A program made the translations under genes and the position numbers. 64,000 nucleotides of DNA from the human T2T-CHM13v2.0 reference genome, Homo sapiens: the NCBI RefSeq assembly GCF_009914755.1, contig NC_060936.1. The stretch is one strand, 5' to 3'. How positions within the stretch are numbered: position 1 is the first letter of the stretch; each line of letters begins with the position of its first letter. Below, piece after piece: positions 1 to 14,276 of this stretch. The notes below the pieces were generated by a model. That model was given only the letters and a program-made list of their open reading frames with translations. It was not told the origin of the DNA and made no database searches.

Positions 1-639
1 TTCTGGGACTTCACCTTGTGCAGCCAACCATCCCCAAAGGCAATGATAACTCTGTTCTTCCAAAATTTTGCTTACTTTATTCATAATAACATTAGAGACC
101 ACAAACAATGTGTATCTACTATCGCTATCTCTTAGTCTTGCACTCATTCCTCCATGTACTGCAATCTGGGGTCTGCTCAACCTTTTTGAATTGTTCTATG
201 TAAAGCTTTTCAATATACTTCTAATTTTCAGAATGAACATCAGACTTCTTCCTTTTGACGTCTGTTACGTTTGGTATACGTGACCCTTCTTGTCCCATTT
301 TCTCCTCCATTCTTTCTGACAGTGCTTTATCAAAACATTTCGTGTATTCCTTGAGTCAAAGTTCTGTCCGTAACCTTCTCATCTGCTCAATGGACATGTC
401 TCAACTGCTAATAAATATATTTTCATCCATACTTTTTTCTTTAATTTTAGATCCACAAACGTATCTGCTTAGACATGTGGAGCTTAAAGTATTCAAAGTT
501 GAATGAATTATTGTATGACAAGCCCACTATATTCTTTACTTAATTAATGATATACAGGCCAAATTAGAACCACCTAAAATTGACCCACTTTATCTCACCA
601 CAAATAATGGTAATAATGATAGCAGTGAATATTAAGTGA

Positions 640-880
640 GCGTCTATTATATTACATATATGGCATTCCAATAAGCATTTAACAAACATTATTTCATTCA
701 ATCCTTAAAATTGCCTTAGGAGATAATTGTTAATATCATTCTGATTTTACAGACAGGGAATCTGAAACATAGAGAGGTGAGGTGTAGTAATTTGCTAAGG
801 TCACACAAGAAATTACTACAGAATTAGTAAGAGAACAGAATTTGAAGCCAGACAGTATATTCCAGAGCCTAGAATGTTGA
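640..880 (-). repeat. MIR SINE (degenerate)
   Basis: ttttacagacagggaatctgaaacatagagagg...ttgctaaggtcacacaag...gaatttgaagccagac MIR core. Confidence 0.65.
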
Positions 881-1359
881 CTTTCATGATACATTGAACA
901 TGTAGAAAACCACCATATCTGTTGGTCCTCCAGCATATTTCTTCTTCTGCATATTTGTTGCTATTGCCATAAAGTGATTTGTCATCATCTGTCATGCAGA
1001 CCTCTACAATAGCTTCGTAAATTGTTTCCTTGCTTCAAAGTCTTTTTTCCAAGAAATTTATGCCATGATTATAAATATATTAATAAATTTCAAATATTTT
1101 CATGTGATGTTTTTCCTTTAGATGACTTAACGTTTCCTTAAAATGTATGCAATGATCCCTTACATAATTTCTTATAATTTCTGTAATAATCATGTATGCA
1201 ATAATTAATCCAAAAGTATCAATGTAATGACCTATAATGTAACAACCTGTAATGTTCTCTGACTCTATTTTAGGCATTTGATGATGGGTGGGTTAAAAAG
1301 GCCGCCACAGAATTCAGTCTGTCAGTGAAGATAGATAATACTAAAAATAATAATCATAA

Positions 1360-1500
1360 TCATATTAGCTAACATGTATTTATAGCTCACTGTGTAATTC
1401 CTGTGAGGTAGGCCCTATTACCACTCCCATTTTTCTTCTGAGCAAACTGCAGCACAAACAGTTTTCATAGATTCCCTAATTTCGTCCAGCTATTAAAATT
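1360..1500 (-). repeat. MIR fragment
   Basis: ctgtgaggtagg...cccattttt...tgagcaaactgcagcac motif. Confidence 0.5.
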
Positions 1501-4500
1501 AAGGAGAGGTGATAAACACTAATTCTTTAGTACACTTTAAAATAGTATGCTGTTACCTTAAAAGCTTTAATATCTATTACTTTATCAACCTAATTTGATG
1601 CTCCAGCCTAAAGATGCTTGGGCATGCCGTAATTTTCATGCTTCTGTGCCTCTGTAGAAACTTTTCTCTCTACTTAAAATTTATTTCCCTACCTTATATA
1701 CCTAGGAAAAGGCTACTTCTTTTCAAGGCTGTTCAATTTCTCACTAATAGCCTTCTCCTCCATGAACACAGTTCACTACAAGATATACATATTTTAATAG
1801 TGATGAACCCAAAAATAGAAATATGTATTAGACATAAAACTAACAAATAAAGGAGTCATTCACTCTGTTTTAGACTATGGGGGAGAGAATACCATAGATC
1901 TAAACTGGATCTTGAAAAAAGATGAGGAGTTTGCCAAATACACAGTGTGTGAAACAATCTTTAAGGAATATGGTCACGAAATGCATGGTGTCATTGAAGA
2001 ATTATAAGTAACTTACTGTAGCTGAAATTTAAAATATAAAGAAAAGACACACCAGAAATAATAAATGGAATTTATATTATGAAGATGCTCTTTGTCAAGT
2101 TAAGAAACACAATCATCAAGATAAGTGAGTTTCTTTGAAAATACTCAGAGGCAATATAAAGTACTTAAGAGATACAAACTATTTCTTTTAACTTGTTCTT
2201 TAAGAGAAATAAAGAAAATGCAGTTGAAAATTAGACCTTCTGAAGGTCTTAAGTCCTTTATAGATACCTGCTATCAAATATCAACAATTTTTGTAATCTC
2301 TTGATGTTACTATCACAATGATATAGATACACCATCAGCCCTTGCCAATCTACATACTCTGATTTCCTTTCATCTCTCATAAACCTTTCACCTGATACAA
2401 AAATGTCTTAGAAAATGTTTCGAATATGACCATATTCTGTACTACAGCAATATAGAATACCTCAACATGTCAAAATTTCACCCATTATCCATTAAATCTG
2501 CGCAAAGCAAATTCCTATCCAAATTTGAAATGAAAAACATGTTGCTTTCTAAACATAGCTCAGAGTTTAAAGCAAATAACACCTCTACAATACAAATAAT
2601 TAATGACCCTTGAGTGGGATGGTCTTTCATTTCTTCTTTTTGAATCTTTATTCAAGCATGAAATTTCTCTAAGATATCATTAACTAGTATTCATATGATC
2701 CCAACCTCTTTTGGACAGCCCTAAATCTTTAAGTAAAGGCAGTCTCCTAGATCAAGCCAAATTCTGGTTTCTTGTAACTTCTTACTCTTTCATTTGGACC
2801 CATCTTGAACAAAATAAACCAAAAGAAAACCAGTGAAAAACAAACAAACAAACAAACAAAAATATTTTCTTTTCCATTGTGAAAACTCATTAAGCAATTG
2901 AGAAAAAGTCCCTTCTATAAGTATCCTCTTGTTTTCTTTGTACTAACATATTTGAGTCAAGGCAGAGGACAAATTCTCCAACTCAGAAAGTGACTTGGAG
3001 ACTCCATCCTCAGCCTTTATTTCGTGAATCTGCTAGTAACATGTTAATCTATCCTATGGGTCGCTTTGCTTATATCGTTACTCTTTAGACATGGATAGAA
3101 TATTGGAAATGTATCCCTTTAATGGATTTTTTTCTGCTAAGTCTCTGACTGTGTTTTTACATAAAAACCATTAAGTAAATTTTTGCACCTGGATTTAGCA
3201 CCATTGATCAACAACTACAGTTTTCCCCTGGCATAAGTAACTGAATCTGTTTTTCTTTCTTTTTCTAGAAAAATAAATAGATCTACAAAGAGCTTTAACA
3301 TAATTAGAGACATAATTAACTAGAATTACTTCCTTTTGTTTAGTGATAAATAAAATATACAATTATGATTTAAAGAAGCTTTAATGTATTTTCAACATTT
3401 AATGCTTTTCAGACTCTGAAGAAGTATAGATCATCATAATCTCAGAATTATTTCTCCATCCTAAGTTAAAAGACAGCATAGCTCAAATGAACTGTTTCTT
3501 AAGGTCAGATGTCCTCTACAGTACATACACAGACATCACAAACAAAATGTCTGAGATTCAAAGTAATTTTGTGGCCAAAATTTCCTAGACCTTTTTCTGT
3601 CAACAATTTATCTTAAATTGTTTCCAATTCTCCTGCTTAGTTGAATTCTCCTGGTTCTTTTAAGCTGTATAGCCCTGTACTATATAAAAGTTAAACAATT
3701 TAAACAGATGATCAAATTCGTAGCTTGAATTTGGCAGGCACAGAGACAGCATATCATCATTGACAGAGACAGTATGTCATCATTGAAAGTATCAAGTAAA
3801 TAAAGAAACAAAAGTACAAACTATATTACTAACAAAACATGTAAAAAGCTAAAAACCAAGGCCCCCAACATAAGTAGAAGAACTTCCAAAACCTACAGCA
3901 ATATAACAAAAGAGTTTGTAAAAGGAAACAAAAAGTGCACATGGCAAATAGCAAACAAAAATACAGCTCTGTGAAGTACGGAGCCCACCTTAAGTTGCAA
4001 ATTTATGTTATTCATGATTTCTATTATACACATCTGAATAGAATCCTGAATAATTTAGAACATGTTACCATAAGTAAGGTATTCTAGTAATGCAACCTAA
4101 AATATGGGTGTGGTTGAATGGAGTTGATGGGCAGAATGCATTAATGACTCAGGTGTGAGAGGCTAAAAACCTAAGGAGTCTTACACATGGTAAAATATTT
4201 GGGTAAGCCTCACTTTGAAAAGAAAACCGTGTGCTCACTGATGCTTAAAAAATGCAGAATTTATTGGGCAAAGTACAAGAAACAAAACTACAAAAAATCA
4301 GAATATTTGCATGACGTGGATTCTCCTTGCCACTTTTAGCATTTACAAGAAAGATGAATTCAGACTACCAGCAGTCAGAATGCAAGCAGAAATGGGAGGA
4401 GAAATATCAATTTTATAAGGGGGTATGGTCTGCCTGCAGGTGTTGTATATTGTTAATCAAGAGTCCTATAATTTGGAATTGAAGAATTGAAGAAAAAACT

Positions 4501-6783
4501 CTAAGTATCCTGTCCCCCCAAATTGAGGTGGTGGTAAAACTGTAGCCTTGTCAGAAGATAAAATTGATACTCCAGATACAAAGGCAATGAGTCTACCGGC
4601 AAAGACGGAATTTAGGTCTTGTCCTTCCTCCCAAACCCACAGTTTCAAACGGCCTTAAGGCAGTGGTCAATAATTAAAGAGAAGGGCTGGTCACAGCATA
4701 GATCAAAGTATATTTATATGCTCTTGGACTATAGTTACTTTCAGATGGCATTGGGTTATAAAGCAAGTAGACTAGAAGCTTAGTAACCTTGGAAAGAACT
4801 TTTTTGTTGAATTTGAGGGCAGCTGACATCAGCCCTTGATTAGTCAATCTTTAATCCAAAGGTCCCTAAACCAATATTAGCAGGAAGTGGGTTGTGAAAG
4901 GTGTGCTGTCCTTAGATAGAGATACTCTCCAAACCAAACTTGGATGTAACTGTGAAGAATAATGTGCCAGGAAGAACTGCCCTGAGAGCAACACTGGGGC
5001 CCATGAAGGACAGCGGACAGAAGACACCTTCTCAGAGGCCAGCACTTCGTCTACCAGATTGGCTTTCCAAGGAACTCACTGAGCTGCGGGGTGGCTTATC
5101 CTTCCTGTCCGGTAGGATTTGATACTTACTGCAGCAAATCTATTCTGGATGTTTCTTGGTGACAACAGAGACACCAAAACAGCCTTAAACTGCTTATCTA
5201 TTTGACTAATTTTAAATGAGAAAAAGTGAACACTGTCTTTCTTCAGTCACTATTATTTGTTTCTCTTTTAGATACAGCAGAACTTAATGCTAATCAATGT
5301 AAAATACAATTAATAAGAAAATATACAAACCATTATAAATTTAGAAGGAAAATCTATAACCTAAAATATTTATATTAGTAAATCAGAAGAAATAAAACTT
5401 AAGATTCAACTCAAGAAGTTGGGGGCCAAAAAGAAATCAAACTTTAGGAAATCTGAAGAGAATTATTAGAAAGAAAAGTAAATTTTAATGAATTAGAAAG
5501 GAAATAAAAGTAACATTAATTTTTTAAAATCCAAATAATGGTTTTTTAAAAAAAAATTTAGGTAAAAGAATGGCTAACCTTGTCAGGTAAAAAATTAAAA
5601 GAATAAATGAATACACACGGTAATAAATTATAAGAAATGTTATAGATATGGAAGTAATTTCAGACAGCTCTTTAAATACTGATGTGAAATTTGATCAAGA
5701 AATTTTACTAAGTGAATACTTCAGGTACAAAACAATTTATACAACATGCCACCATTTGGATAATGAAAGCAAATGATAGCTATATATAGATTTGTTTGTA
5801 TTTTCTTGTATTTACATGAAATATCTCAAATGATATATAAATATTCCAACCACATAAGTTGTCTGTGAGGAAAAGAATTGGATAGTAGTGGGGGAAGAGT
5901 TTACACTTTTTTATTTTGAAGTTTAAACCATGTGATTATATTGCCTGGTCCAGAATATTTTTTAAAAAGTAATATAGAAATTCAAATTTATATCTTAAAT
6001 GATTGCCTTTTTTCAATCGGAGGATAATTTCTACTTAACTAGAGGTAAGCACCATTTGTAACATCAGGGAAATGCCCCTCACTGCATGCCTAGGTTGGGA
6101 GGTATCTGGAGCCATATTGTTGGTTAGAGGACATGCAGCACGTACAAGTTTCCATTCTGTGAGGTCTCTACATGTTTAATGGTTTTCTTGTACACTGTGT
6201 TTTCTGAAGCCTTTTTGTTGCATGAGTAAAAGTTACATTTACTTTAGAGTTATTTAAAAAGCATCACTTTTCAACAAAGTTAACATTTGTATAGATATAA
6301 TTAGCATAAAATACTAAAGATTATCCACAAACCTAACCAGTTTACAACTCATTTTTGAGCTTTTTAAAGAGGTTGCAGTGAAATATTCACAGGTTTTCCA
6401 AAAAAAAAGAAAATTCTTTCACAGTACAATAGAGGGAGCTGAAGGTTATGTCAGTTTATCTAACATGGTTATTTTTTAAATCTTTTGGTGACATCCTGTG
6501 AAAGAAATATTGAATTCTATTTTTTAAATTTTAATCCTCCTTAATCTTATACCTCTATTGATCTAAAAATTACTCAAAAACCAAAGTGAGCAAAACCCAA
6601 ACACTTCTATCTAAAGTGCAACATGAATTGTAAACTTATCTGACTCTCCCAGTGGAATTTGTGTAGATATTTCCTGGTTTCTTGAGAGTGATCTAGTCAT
6701 AAGGACCAATGTTTCTTTTCAATTTCAAAGGTAGTACTGGAAATTTACACCCTTCTTCTTAACAAGTTGATTGAAAGTCATAC

Positions 6784-7104
6784 CTGAGCAGGTAATTTTG
6801 GCTTCTTCATAGTGATCACAGGTAAGTCCACCCCATTGCCAGTTCTTGCAGTCCCAAAGAGAAGTTTCATTTCCGTTACAGCTACTTAGAAACAGCCATG
6901 TGTTTGTTGCCTGGATTTTGGAGTACACTTGATAAGATGTTTTGAGTGCAGATCCACATCCCAGCTGCCTGCAAACCACATCAGCTTCTTTCAGTCCCCA
7001 GCCTCTGTCACACACCTTCCCTAACAGTCTCTGAATCTCCACCTCAACTGTCCCAGCACAGCGGCTGCCTCCACCTCTAAGTCTTAGCTCCAGATCTGAT
7101 CCAT
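6784..7104 (-). CDS. CD163: CD163 exon 6, SRCR domain 4 (321 nt); gene continues off the left edge of the window
   Basis: ttttgcag|ATGGATCAG...TGCTCAG|gtatga; [18 protein letters not shown]...EAKITCS. No further SRCR exon is seen in 1-6783. Confidence 0.98.
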
Positions 7105-7351
7105 CTGCAAAAGAAACATAAACTTAAACCATCGATACATATGGAGGTTAGCTTCCAGAGGATTTTTTTTTGTCTTTTTTCTTCTCTGATACTGATGCAT
7201 TGAAAATTATAGGTAACTTATTTCCTGACTTTTTAAGAAACAATAATATAGACCATAAATTTTTGTTAGAAATGGGACTGTAGTTTCAAGGGTTGATAAA
7301 AATTGTCAATGGCAGAAAGATATGAGCAATTCAGCTTTAAAAGAGATTCCT

Positions 7352-8219
7352 CAAAAAGTGGGTGAAGGGTATGAACAGACACTTCTGAAAAGAAGGCATT
7401 TATGCGGACAACAAACATATGAAAAATAGCTTATCAACAATGGTCATTAGAGAAATGCAAATCAAAATCACAATGAGATACCATCTCATCCCAGTTAGAA
7501 TGGCGATCATTAAAAAGTCTGGAAACAACAGATGTTGGCAAGGATGTAGAGAAATAGGAAAGCTTTTACACTGTTGGTGGGAGTGTAAATTAGTTCAACC
7601 ATTATGGAAGACAGTGTGGTGATTCCTCAAGGATCTAGAACTAGAAATACCATTTGACCCAGCGATCCCATTACTGGGTATATACCCAAAGGATTATAAA
7701 TCATTCTACTATAAAGACACATGCACATGTATGTTTATTGCAGCACTATCTACAATAACAAAGACTTGGAACCAACCCAAATGCCCATCAATAATAGACT
7801 GGATAAAGAAAATGTGGTACATATACACCATGGAATACTACGCAGCCATAAAAAAGAATGAGTTTATGTCCTTTGAAGGGACACAGATGAAGCTAGAAAC
7901 CATCATCCTCAGCAAACTAACACACAAGAACAGAAAACCAAACACTGCATGTTCTCACTCATAACTGGGAGTTGAACAATGAGAACACACGGACACAGGG
8001 AGGGGAACATCACACACTGGGGCCTGTCAATGGGTGGGGGGAAAGGGGAGGGAGAGCATTAGGACAAATACCTAATGCATGGGGGGTTAAAACCTAGATG
8101 ACAGGTTGATACGTGAAGCAGACCACCATGGAACATGTTTACCCATGTAACAAACCTGCACATTCAACACATCTATCCCAGAACTTAAAGTAAAAAAATA
8201 AGTAAATTAAAAAAATTTA
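7352..8219 (+). mobile_element. 5'-truncated L1 (L1PA7/8-like 3' end) in CD163 intron 5, antisense to the gene
   Basis: ORF2 C-terminal remnants ([21 protein letters not shown]), 3'UTR and A-rich tail; TSD aaaagagattcct (7339-7351) / aaaacagattcct (8220-8232). Confidence 0.93.
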
Positions 8220-8515
8220 AAAACAGATTCCTAGGAAATTTTGTCTCTCTGAGCTCCAGGTAGATTCTGAGTTTGAAGTGTGCTCCATAAAAGCAGTCTG
8301 AGTAATTATTACAGAGAATGCCGTCAGACAACCTTCCAAACTAGTTGAATAAAGAATGTGTCAAAGATTACAGGTATAAAGGAATTCCCAGCAAGGAATT
8401 TACTAGGCATTTCTACTTCTTAAGGAGCACGTTCCTACTCTTAAGGAGCACAGGACTTTCCGTTTCTGCTTTTCTTTTTGTTTAGTGTTTTGGTTTTGGT
8501 TTGGTTTTAACTTAC

Positions 8516-8836
8516 CAGAACATGTCACGCCAGCATCTTCATTGTGATTGCAATAATGCTTTCCCCATTCATGGTGTTTACATTGCCAGACAGCAGGTTC
8601 ATGTCCCTGGCAAGAAACGCTGTCAAGCCAGATGTGTCCAAATCCCTTACTGGCGTTAACTCGACCAATGGCTGTGACGGCAGTTGGACATCCCAGTTGC
8701 TTGCATGCCACAGCAGCATCGTAACTGTCCCAGCCGTCATCACATATTGTCCCCCATTCCCCTTGGAATCTCACTTCTAATCTTCCTGAACATTCAGTGA
8801 CTCCATCTACCAGTCTCAGGCTCAGATCTGCTCCCT
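8516..8836 (-). CDS. CD163: CD163 exon 5, SRCR domain 3 (321 nt; main Hp-Hb binding domain)
   Basis: ttacag|AGGGAGCAG...TGTTCTG|gtaagt; [12 protein letters not shown]...DAGVTCS; D292/D293/E359 present. Confidence 0.98.
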
Positions 8837-9831
8837 CTGTAACAGAGACACACAACAGGTCTGCGATAAGGAAGCAAGAACATGAGACTATAAATAGCTA
8901 TACCTGAGATGAGTTAAGGAAAAGGGGAGAGATATAAGTGGAGACAGAGAAAACTGTGATGTACTGTACTACCACTGGAAATCATTCAAGATGGAAGGAG
9001 GAGTGAGTGGATCAGGCAAGAAGATGGGACATCTCAGTATAGACAGCATATACTACAGGAAGTGTTTCTAACAGGAGATACAGGGACTGAATTTCATCTA
9101 GAGACCTGCTATTTGACCACCACAGAGTTCTTGTTAGAACTGTTTACTTTTTCTGGTTAAAATATATTTGCATGTGTTTAGGTGACTCCCTCATCCTTCA
9201 GTTTGCCTCCATACTTAGCAATCCCTTTTGCCTCTGACTGCATTCTCCATTGATACTACCTAGCCTGTGTTGTACACCTGAACCTGTTGTGACCACTTCC
9301 TTAGTTTAAAAGCAGAGCAAAGAGAAAGGAGGCTTCAGTACTACAATTTTCACCTTCCCCAAATCAATATTCTTCAAAGAACAGACGTTGATTCTGAAGA
9401 ATATTCTGTAATAAATTAAACTGGTTGTTTCCTCTGGCAGTTTCCGTTTTCATTCCCACAATGTTATTCATTGTGGGATTGTGATTCGTCAGCATGTGCT
9501 AACTGGGGGCCTAGAGAAATGTTGATGGGTAAAAGAGAATGGAAGGTACAGTCTGTGTTTTTTCTACTCCAAATTCTTCACATTCTTAACCTAACAAAAT
9601 CTATCTTTCTTGTAGGAGTTCCATTCATTGTGGTTCAGGCTATAGCTGATCACATTGTTCAACAAGAAAAAGCTTGTTCAAGACATGCAGAAAGAGATAG
9701 AACCCAGATGACATTGTTCAAGAACCTGAATCCAACCATGCATGAGGCTAACTATACCCTCTGGATTTCCCAGTTTTGTGAGCCAGTATTCTCTTCTTTT
9801 TAAACAAGTTTGAATGGAAGTTCCTTTATTT

Positions 9832-9836
9832 ACACA

Positions 9837-9875
<39 letters not shown>
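9832..9875. repeat. Compound (CA)n(GA)n microsatellite in intron 4
   Basis: Seen directly. Confidence 0.95.
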
Positions 9876-9876
<1 letters not shown>

Positions 9877-10574
9877 AAGGGATCTGGTGAAGATAGGGAT
9901 TTTTTACTCTTATTTTCCTAAGTGTTCTCTGGGGTTCAAGACACACTCAATCTCCTTTTATACTAAGAATTCAACAGAAAAACGAAGAGTGGTATCTCTG
10001 CACACACAAACGATTTTCCCCGCCCCCAGTCTGAGTATACAACGTGAAAGTCTCTAGACAGATACAATGCATATCTAGTATAAATAAAGTTTTAATGAGA
10101 AACCAATATTGATTTTTAACAAGTGATTCGATTCTGTGAACTTGAAAAATGATTTGGGAAGGAGTGGGTTAATGAGGCTAATGAGGAGGCTTTTGTGGAT
10201 TAGATGATAACTGGAGTGGTTTGGTCATAAAACTTCATAGTGCAAAATTTCCTAGTAAAGCCCTTCCTTCTTTCCTTTTTCCCCTCTTTTTCTTTTCGGT
10301 CTCTCCCTTTCTTTATGGGCTTTTCCTAAACACTTTCTTCTTTTCTTATGACCTGGATCTCAGTTTCACTATGCACTTCCCTAACCTATTTCTCCTAATT
10401 TCAGTTAAGGTAAAAAGTCCACAGGTATCAGAACTGGAACCTGAAGTTAGGTTAAAATGCGGTGACAAAAGAAGCAGACTTCATTATGTTCTTAAGAGTT
10501 CAGGCTCTTAAGATTTATTACCCCTTTCTTTTGTCCTCTCCTGGAGAATAGAATGAGCCAAGATCAGTCCTTAC

Positions 10575-10895
10575 TTGAGCAAATCACTCCAGCATCCTCA
10601 GCATGATCACAGTTATGCTTTCCCCATCCTTGATGTTTGCAGTTCCAGAGAGCTGACTCATTTCCGTTGCATATAAGATCATCAAACCAGATTGGTCCAG
10701 AGCCTTCTCCAAAATTAGATGAACCAGAGAAACTGACAGCACTTCCACATTCAAGTTGTCTACAAATGACAGATGCATGATCTATGTTGAAGTTATCATC
10801 ACACACTGTTCCCCACCGTCCTTGGAATTTGATCTCTATTCTTCCAGAACACATATTCCCTCCACGCGTCAGCCTCATTTCCAAATTGGATCCAT
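10575..10895 (-). CDS. CD163: CD163 exon 4, SRCR domain 2 (321 nt)
   Basis: ctccag|ATGGATCC...TGCTCAA|gtaagg; [13 protein letters not shown]...DAGVICS; the acidic residues D185/D186/E252 of the Ca2+/ligand site are present. Confidence 0.98.
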
Positions 10896-11559
10896 CTGGA
10901 GCAGAGAAAAGACCAGAGTTCAGAAGTTACATTCATTTAGAAGTGATTTTAGAAAAGAAGTTTCCTCTGGACACTTGGGATTTTATGTTGTCCTTAAAAT
11001 GGTGCCTGATTTTGGACATTGCCCAGCTCCACACAGTAGAGAATTTTAATATGTTAAAATCTAGGAAGCAATTAGGATTTTTATCTATATCTACTTACAA
11101 AGGAAAATGTTTACAGGTTAAAGTTTTTAAACTTTCTGTTTTGTTTTGTTTCCACCTATTACTAGGACAGATGTAAATACTCTTTTTTGTACAGAAATAG
11201 ATAAATTCGACTCAAGTTATTTAAATTTGACTCAGGTTAAAGCTTTAAGTGTATAAATTTCAAAAAGCAAATTGATTAACTCCACTGGTAGTTATAAAAC
11301 AACAGAAAAAAAGAGCTAAAAGTACTACACTGTTTTAGCTAAACAGCCAGTTCTATACACAGCAATAATTATGATAAGAGCCTGCTAAAATTTATGATAA
11401 TTTTAAACTTTGCAGTAGATGTTACTTTTGTTATTCCCCATTTCACACCTCCCATAGTGGTTAAAAATAAGAGGAAAGAAGGAGGAGAAGGAGGAGAAGG
11501 AAGAGGAAGAGGAAGCGGAGAAAGAAGAAAGAGAACTGAGTCACCAAGAGAACTGAGCC

Positions 11560-11720
11560 ATGAGGATCTTCAGCACCTGTTACATACCAAACAGTGTACC
11601 AGTAGTTTTACATGTATTATATCATTGAATCCTCAGAAACTGAAGTTTAGAGAGATTTGACAACTTGCACAAAATCACAGGATATTAGCTATGTGAAAAT
11701 TTATTTCAGCATTTTTCTAG
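11560..11720 (-). repeat. MIR fragment
   Basis: ttttacatgtattatatcattgaatcctcagaaactgaagtttagagag...aacttgcacaaaatcacag. Confidence 0.55.
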
Positions 11721-11745
11721 ATGCTACTGTGTGTTTCTCTTATCA

Positions 11746-12255
<510 letters not shown>

Positions 12256-12850
12256 TCAGTTATTGTGGGGTCAATTGCAATAAAACATATGGAGATGTTT
12301 TGTAAATTAAAAGCACAATGTAAATGAAATGACTAGCATTGCACACTGGTCAAGCAATTATACTTTCAAAGAATCCTTCCTACAACAAGAAATGATGTAT
12401 TAATGCTAGAAATAGTTGTTTTTTGATTCACTAAGTTGATTATCAGTTAATGGACAAAATGGTAATAATTTGTGGGTCAACATATCAAAACAAGTCACTG
12501 GGAAAGAACAAGGAAATAACTTAGATGTCATGATATTTTTATGATATAGGAATAGTAGGTTACAGTAAGCTTACTGAATATCAAATTTAAACCACCACTT
12601 CTTGGCTTTTTGGCTAAGATCATGTATAAAATTGAAGCCAGTCACCTCCTCATTAATCACAGTGTTCAGAATTTTTTTTATTAAAAAAAAATGACCTCGT
12701 GTTTTGTGGTTTTCTAGCAATGGATGGAGTACTTTTATACATGAACTAGATTGCTTACAGGAAAGTGGCTTATTCTAGGTTTTAACCCATCTACATATTT
12801 TTTTCCCACCAAGGATTTTGTGTTGAGGCTTTGACTAATGCAAGTCTTAC

Positions 12851-13174
12851 CTGAGCAGGTCACTCCAGCATCTTGTTGGTGAGTACAGTTACTATGCTTT
12901 CCCCATCCATCATGTTTGCAATCCCAAAGAGCTGACTCATTCCCACGACAAGAAACATGATCCATCCAAATGCGTCCAGAACCTGCACTGGAATTAGCCC
13001 ATCCAGGGGCTTTGATAGCAGTTGGACATCCCAGCTGGTTACAAATCACAGAGACCGCTTCCATGCTCCAGCCATTATTACACACCGTTCCCCACTCCTC
13101 CTGGACTTTCACTTCCACTCTCCCGCTACACTTGTTTTCACCATCCACTAGCCTCAGCTCCTTGTCTGTTCCTC
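12851..13174 (-). CDS. CD163: CD163 exon 3, SRCR domain 1 (324 nt)
   Basis: ttgcag|GAGGAACAGAC...TGCTCAG|gtaaga; translation [21 protein letters not shown]...DAGVTCS (within ORF 12735..13148). Confidence 0.98.
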
Positions 13175-14189
13175 CTGCAACAATGGATTAAGACAGTAAT
13201 TGGCCAAGGTCGCAAAGAGCAAGTAGAAAATTATTTTTTTACATTACTTATTTATCCTTCAAACTCAGATTTGAGAACCATCCTAGTCCTATCCATGGTA
13301 AAACAGAAGAATGTTATTTCACAGTCATTCAAATATAAGTATCAGTATCACTGGTTTCAAATTAAGCAGTGCTATATGACCAGTAAAGGTAAGTAACACA
13401 ATAGTGTTTAATAGCTTTATTTTATGGCTGGAAAGCCTTAATAGTGGCAATTTATATAATTCCTGTGAAGCATTTTCGAGTTAAATAAGATGCTACAAAA
13501 CGTTATGGGGATGAACTTTTTACATTTCTCCAAAATCCTAAGGTCGATAGAAAGAAGGCTGATAGAGAATTTATGAAGATGAAAAGACTAGTTGTAAGAA
13601 ATTTAACTCTTATTTCATACGTATATGTAAAATAGCATAAATCTTAAAAACGCTAGACTGAAACTTATCTAAAATTAAGATGGAGATATTTTCTGCTATT
13701 TTCTACCATAAAATAAACCTCTTTGTACTCTCTTCCCATCCCCAGATGATAGATGATCTCAGTTGCCTCCTTGGCATTATTTTAGCTTTATGTAGGAATC
13801 TGGTCCCACCAACCTGGCATCTCTCAATACATTTTTAGATAAATTTTGGCATTTGAATTTACTAATGTGTTTCCCAAATTCACTTTTGTTTTAATGATTC
13901 TGAAGTTTCTCCTCCTTTGTATTCTTTCCTATTTTTCAGTTCAACATTATTTCTAATCTTTAAGTAAAATTCATTTCTCTCCTGTGAGTTTATTTCATTT
14001 GGTGAGGAACCATGCTAATATTTTGGTTAGATTTTTATTGTGTGCTTTTAATAATATCTGATCCTTTGAATACATGGAGCATGTCACCTAGTTTTTAGAT
14101 GCTACTTGGCCTTCAGAAAAATTGTTTGCCTTTTAACTGTTCTTGTCAGAGTGGGCTAAGGCTGTAAGTAAATTTGACAAAGTACTCAC

Positions 14190-14276
14190 CAAGAGAACTG
14201 GTGACAAAACAGGCACTGAGAAGTAAGACCACAGTAATGGTGAAGGGACTCAGGTTGACAAAATGTCTTCTGAAGT
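14190..14276 (-). CDS. CD163: CD163 exon 2 (87 nt; hydrophobic signal peptide [30 protein letters not shown])
   Basis: ttttcacag|ACTTCAGAAGAC...TCTCTTG|gtgagt; in frame with exons 1 and 3 (phase 1). Confidence 0.97.

Noticed and set aside
4000-6000. Possible MLT1-int and L1ME remnants in intron 6
   Set aside because: Too degenerate to delimit without a profile search.
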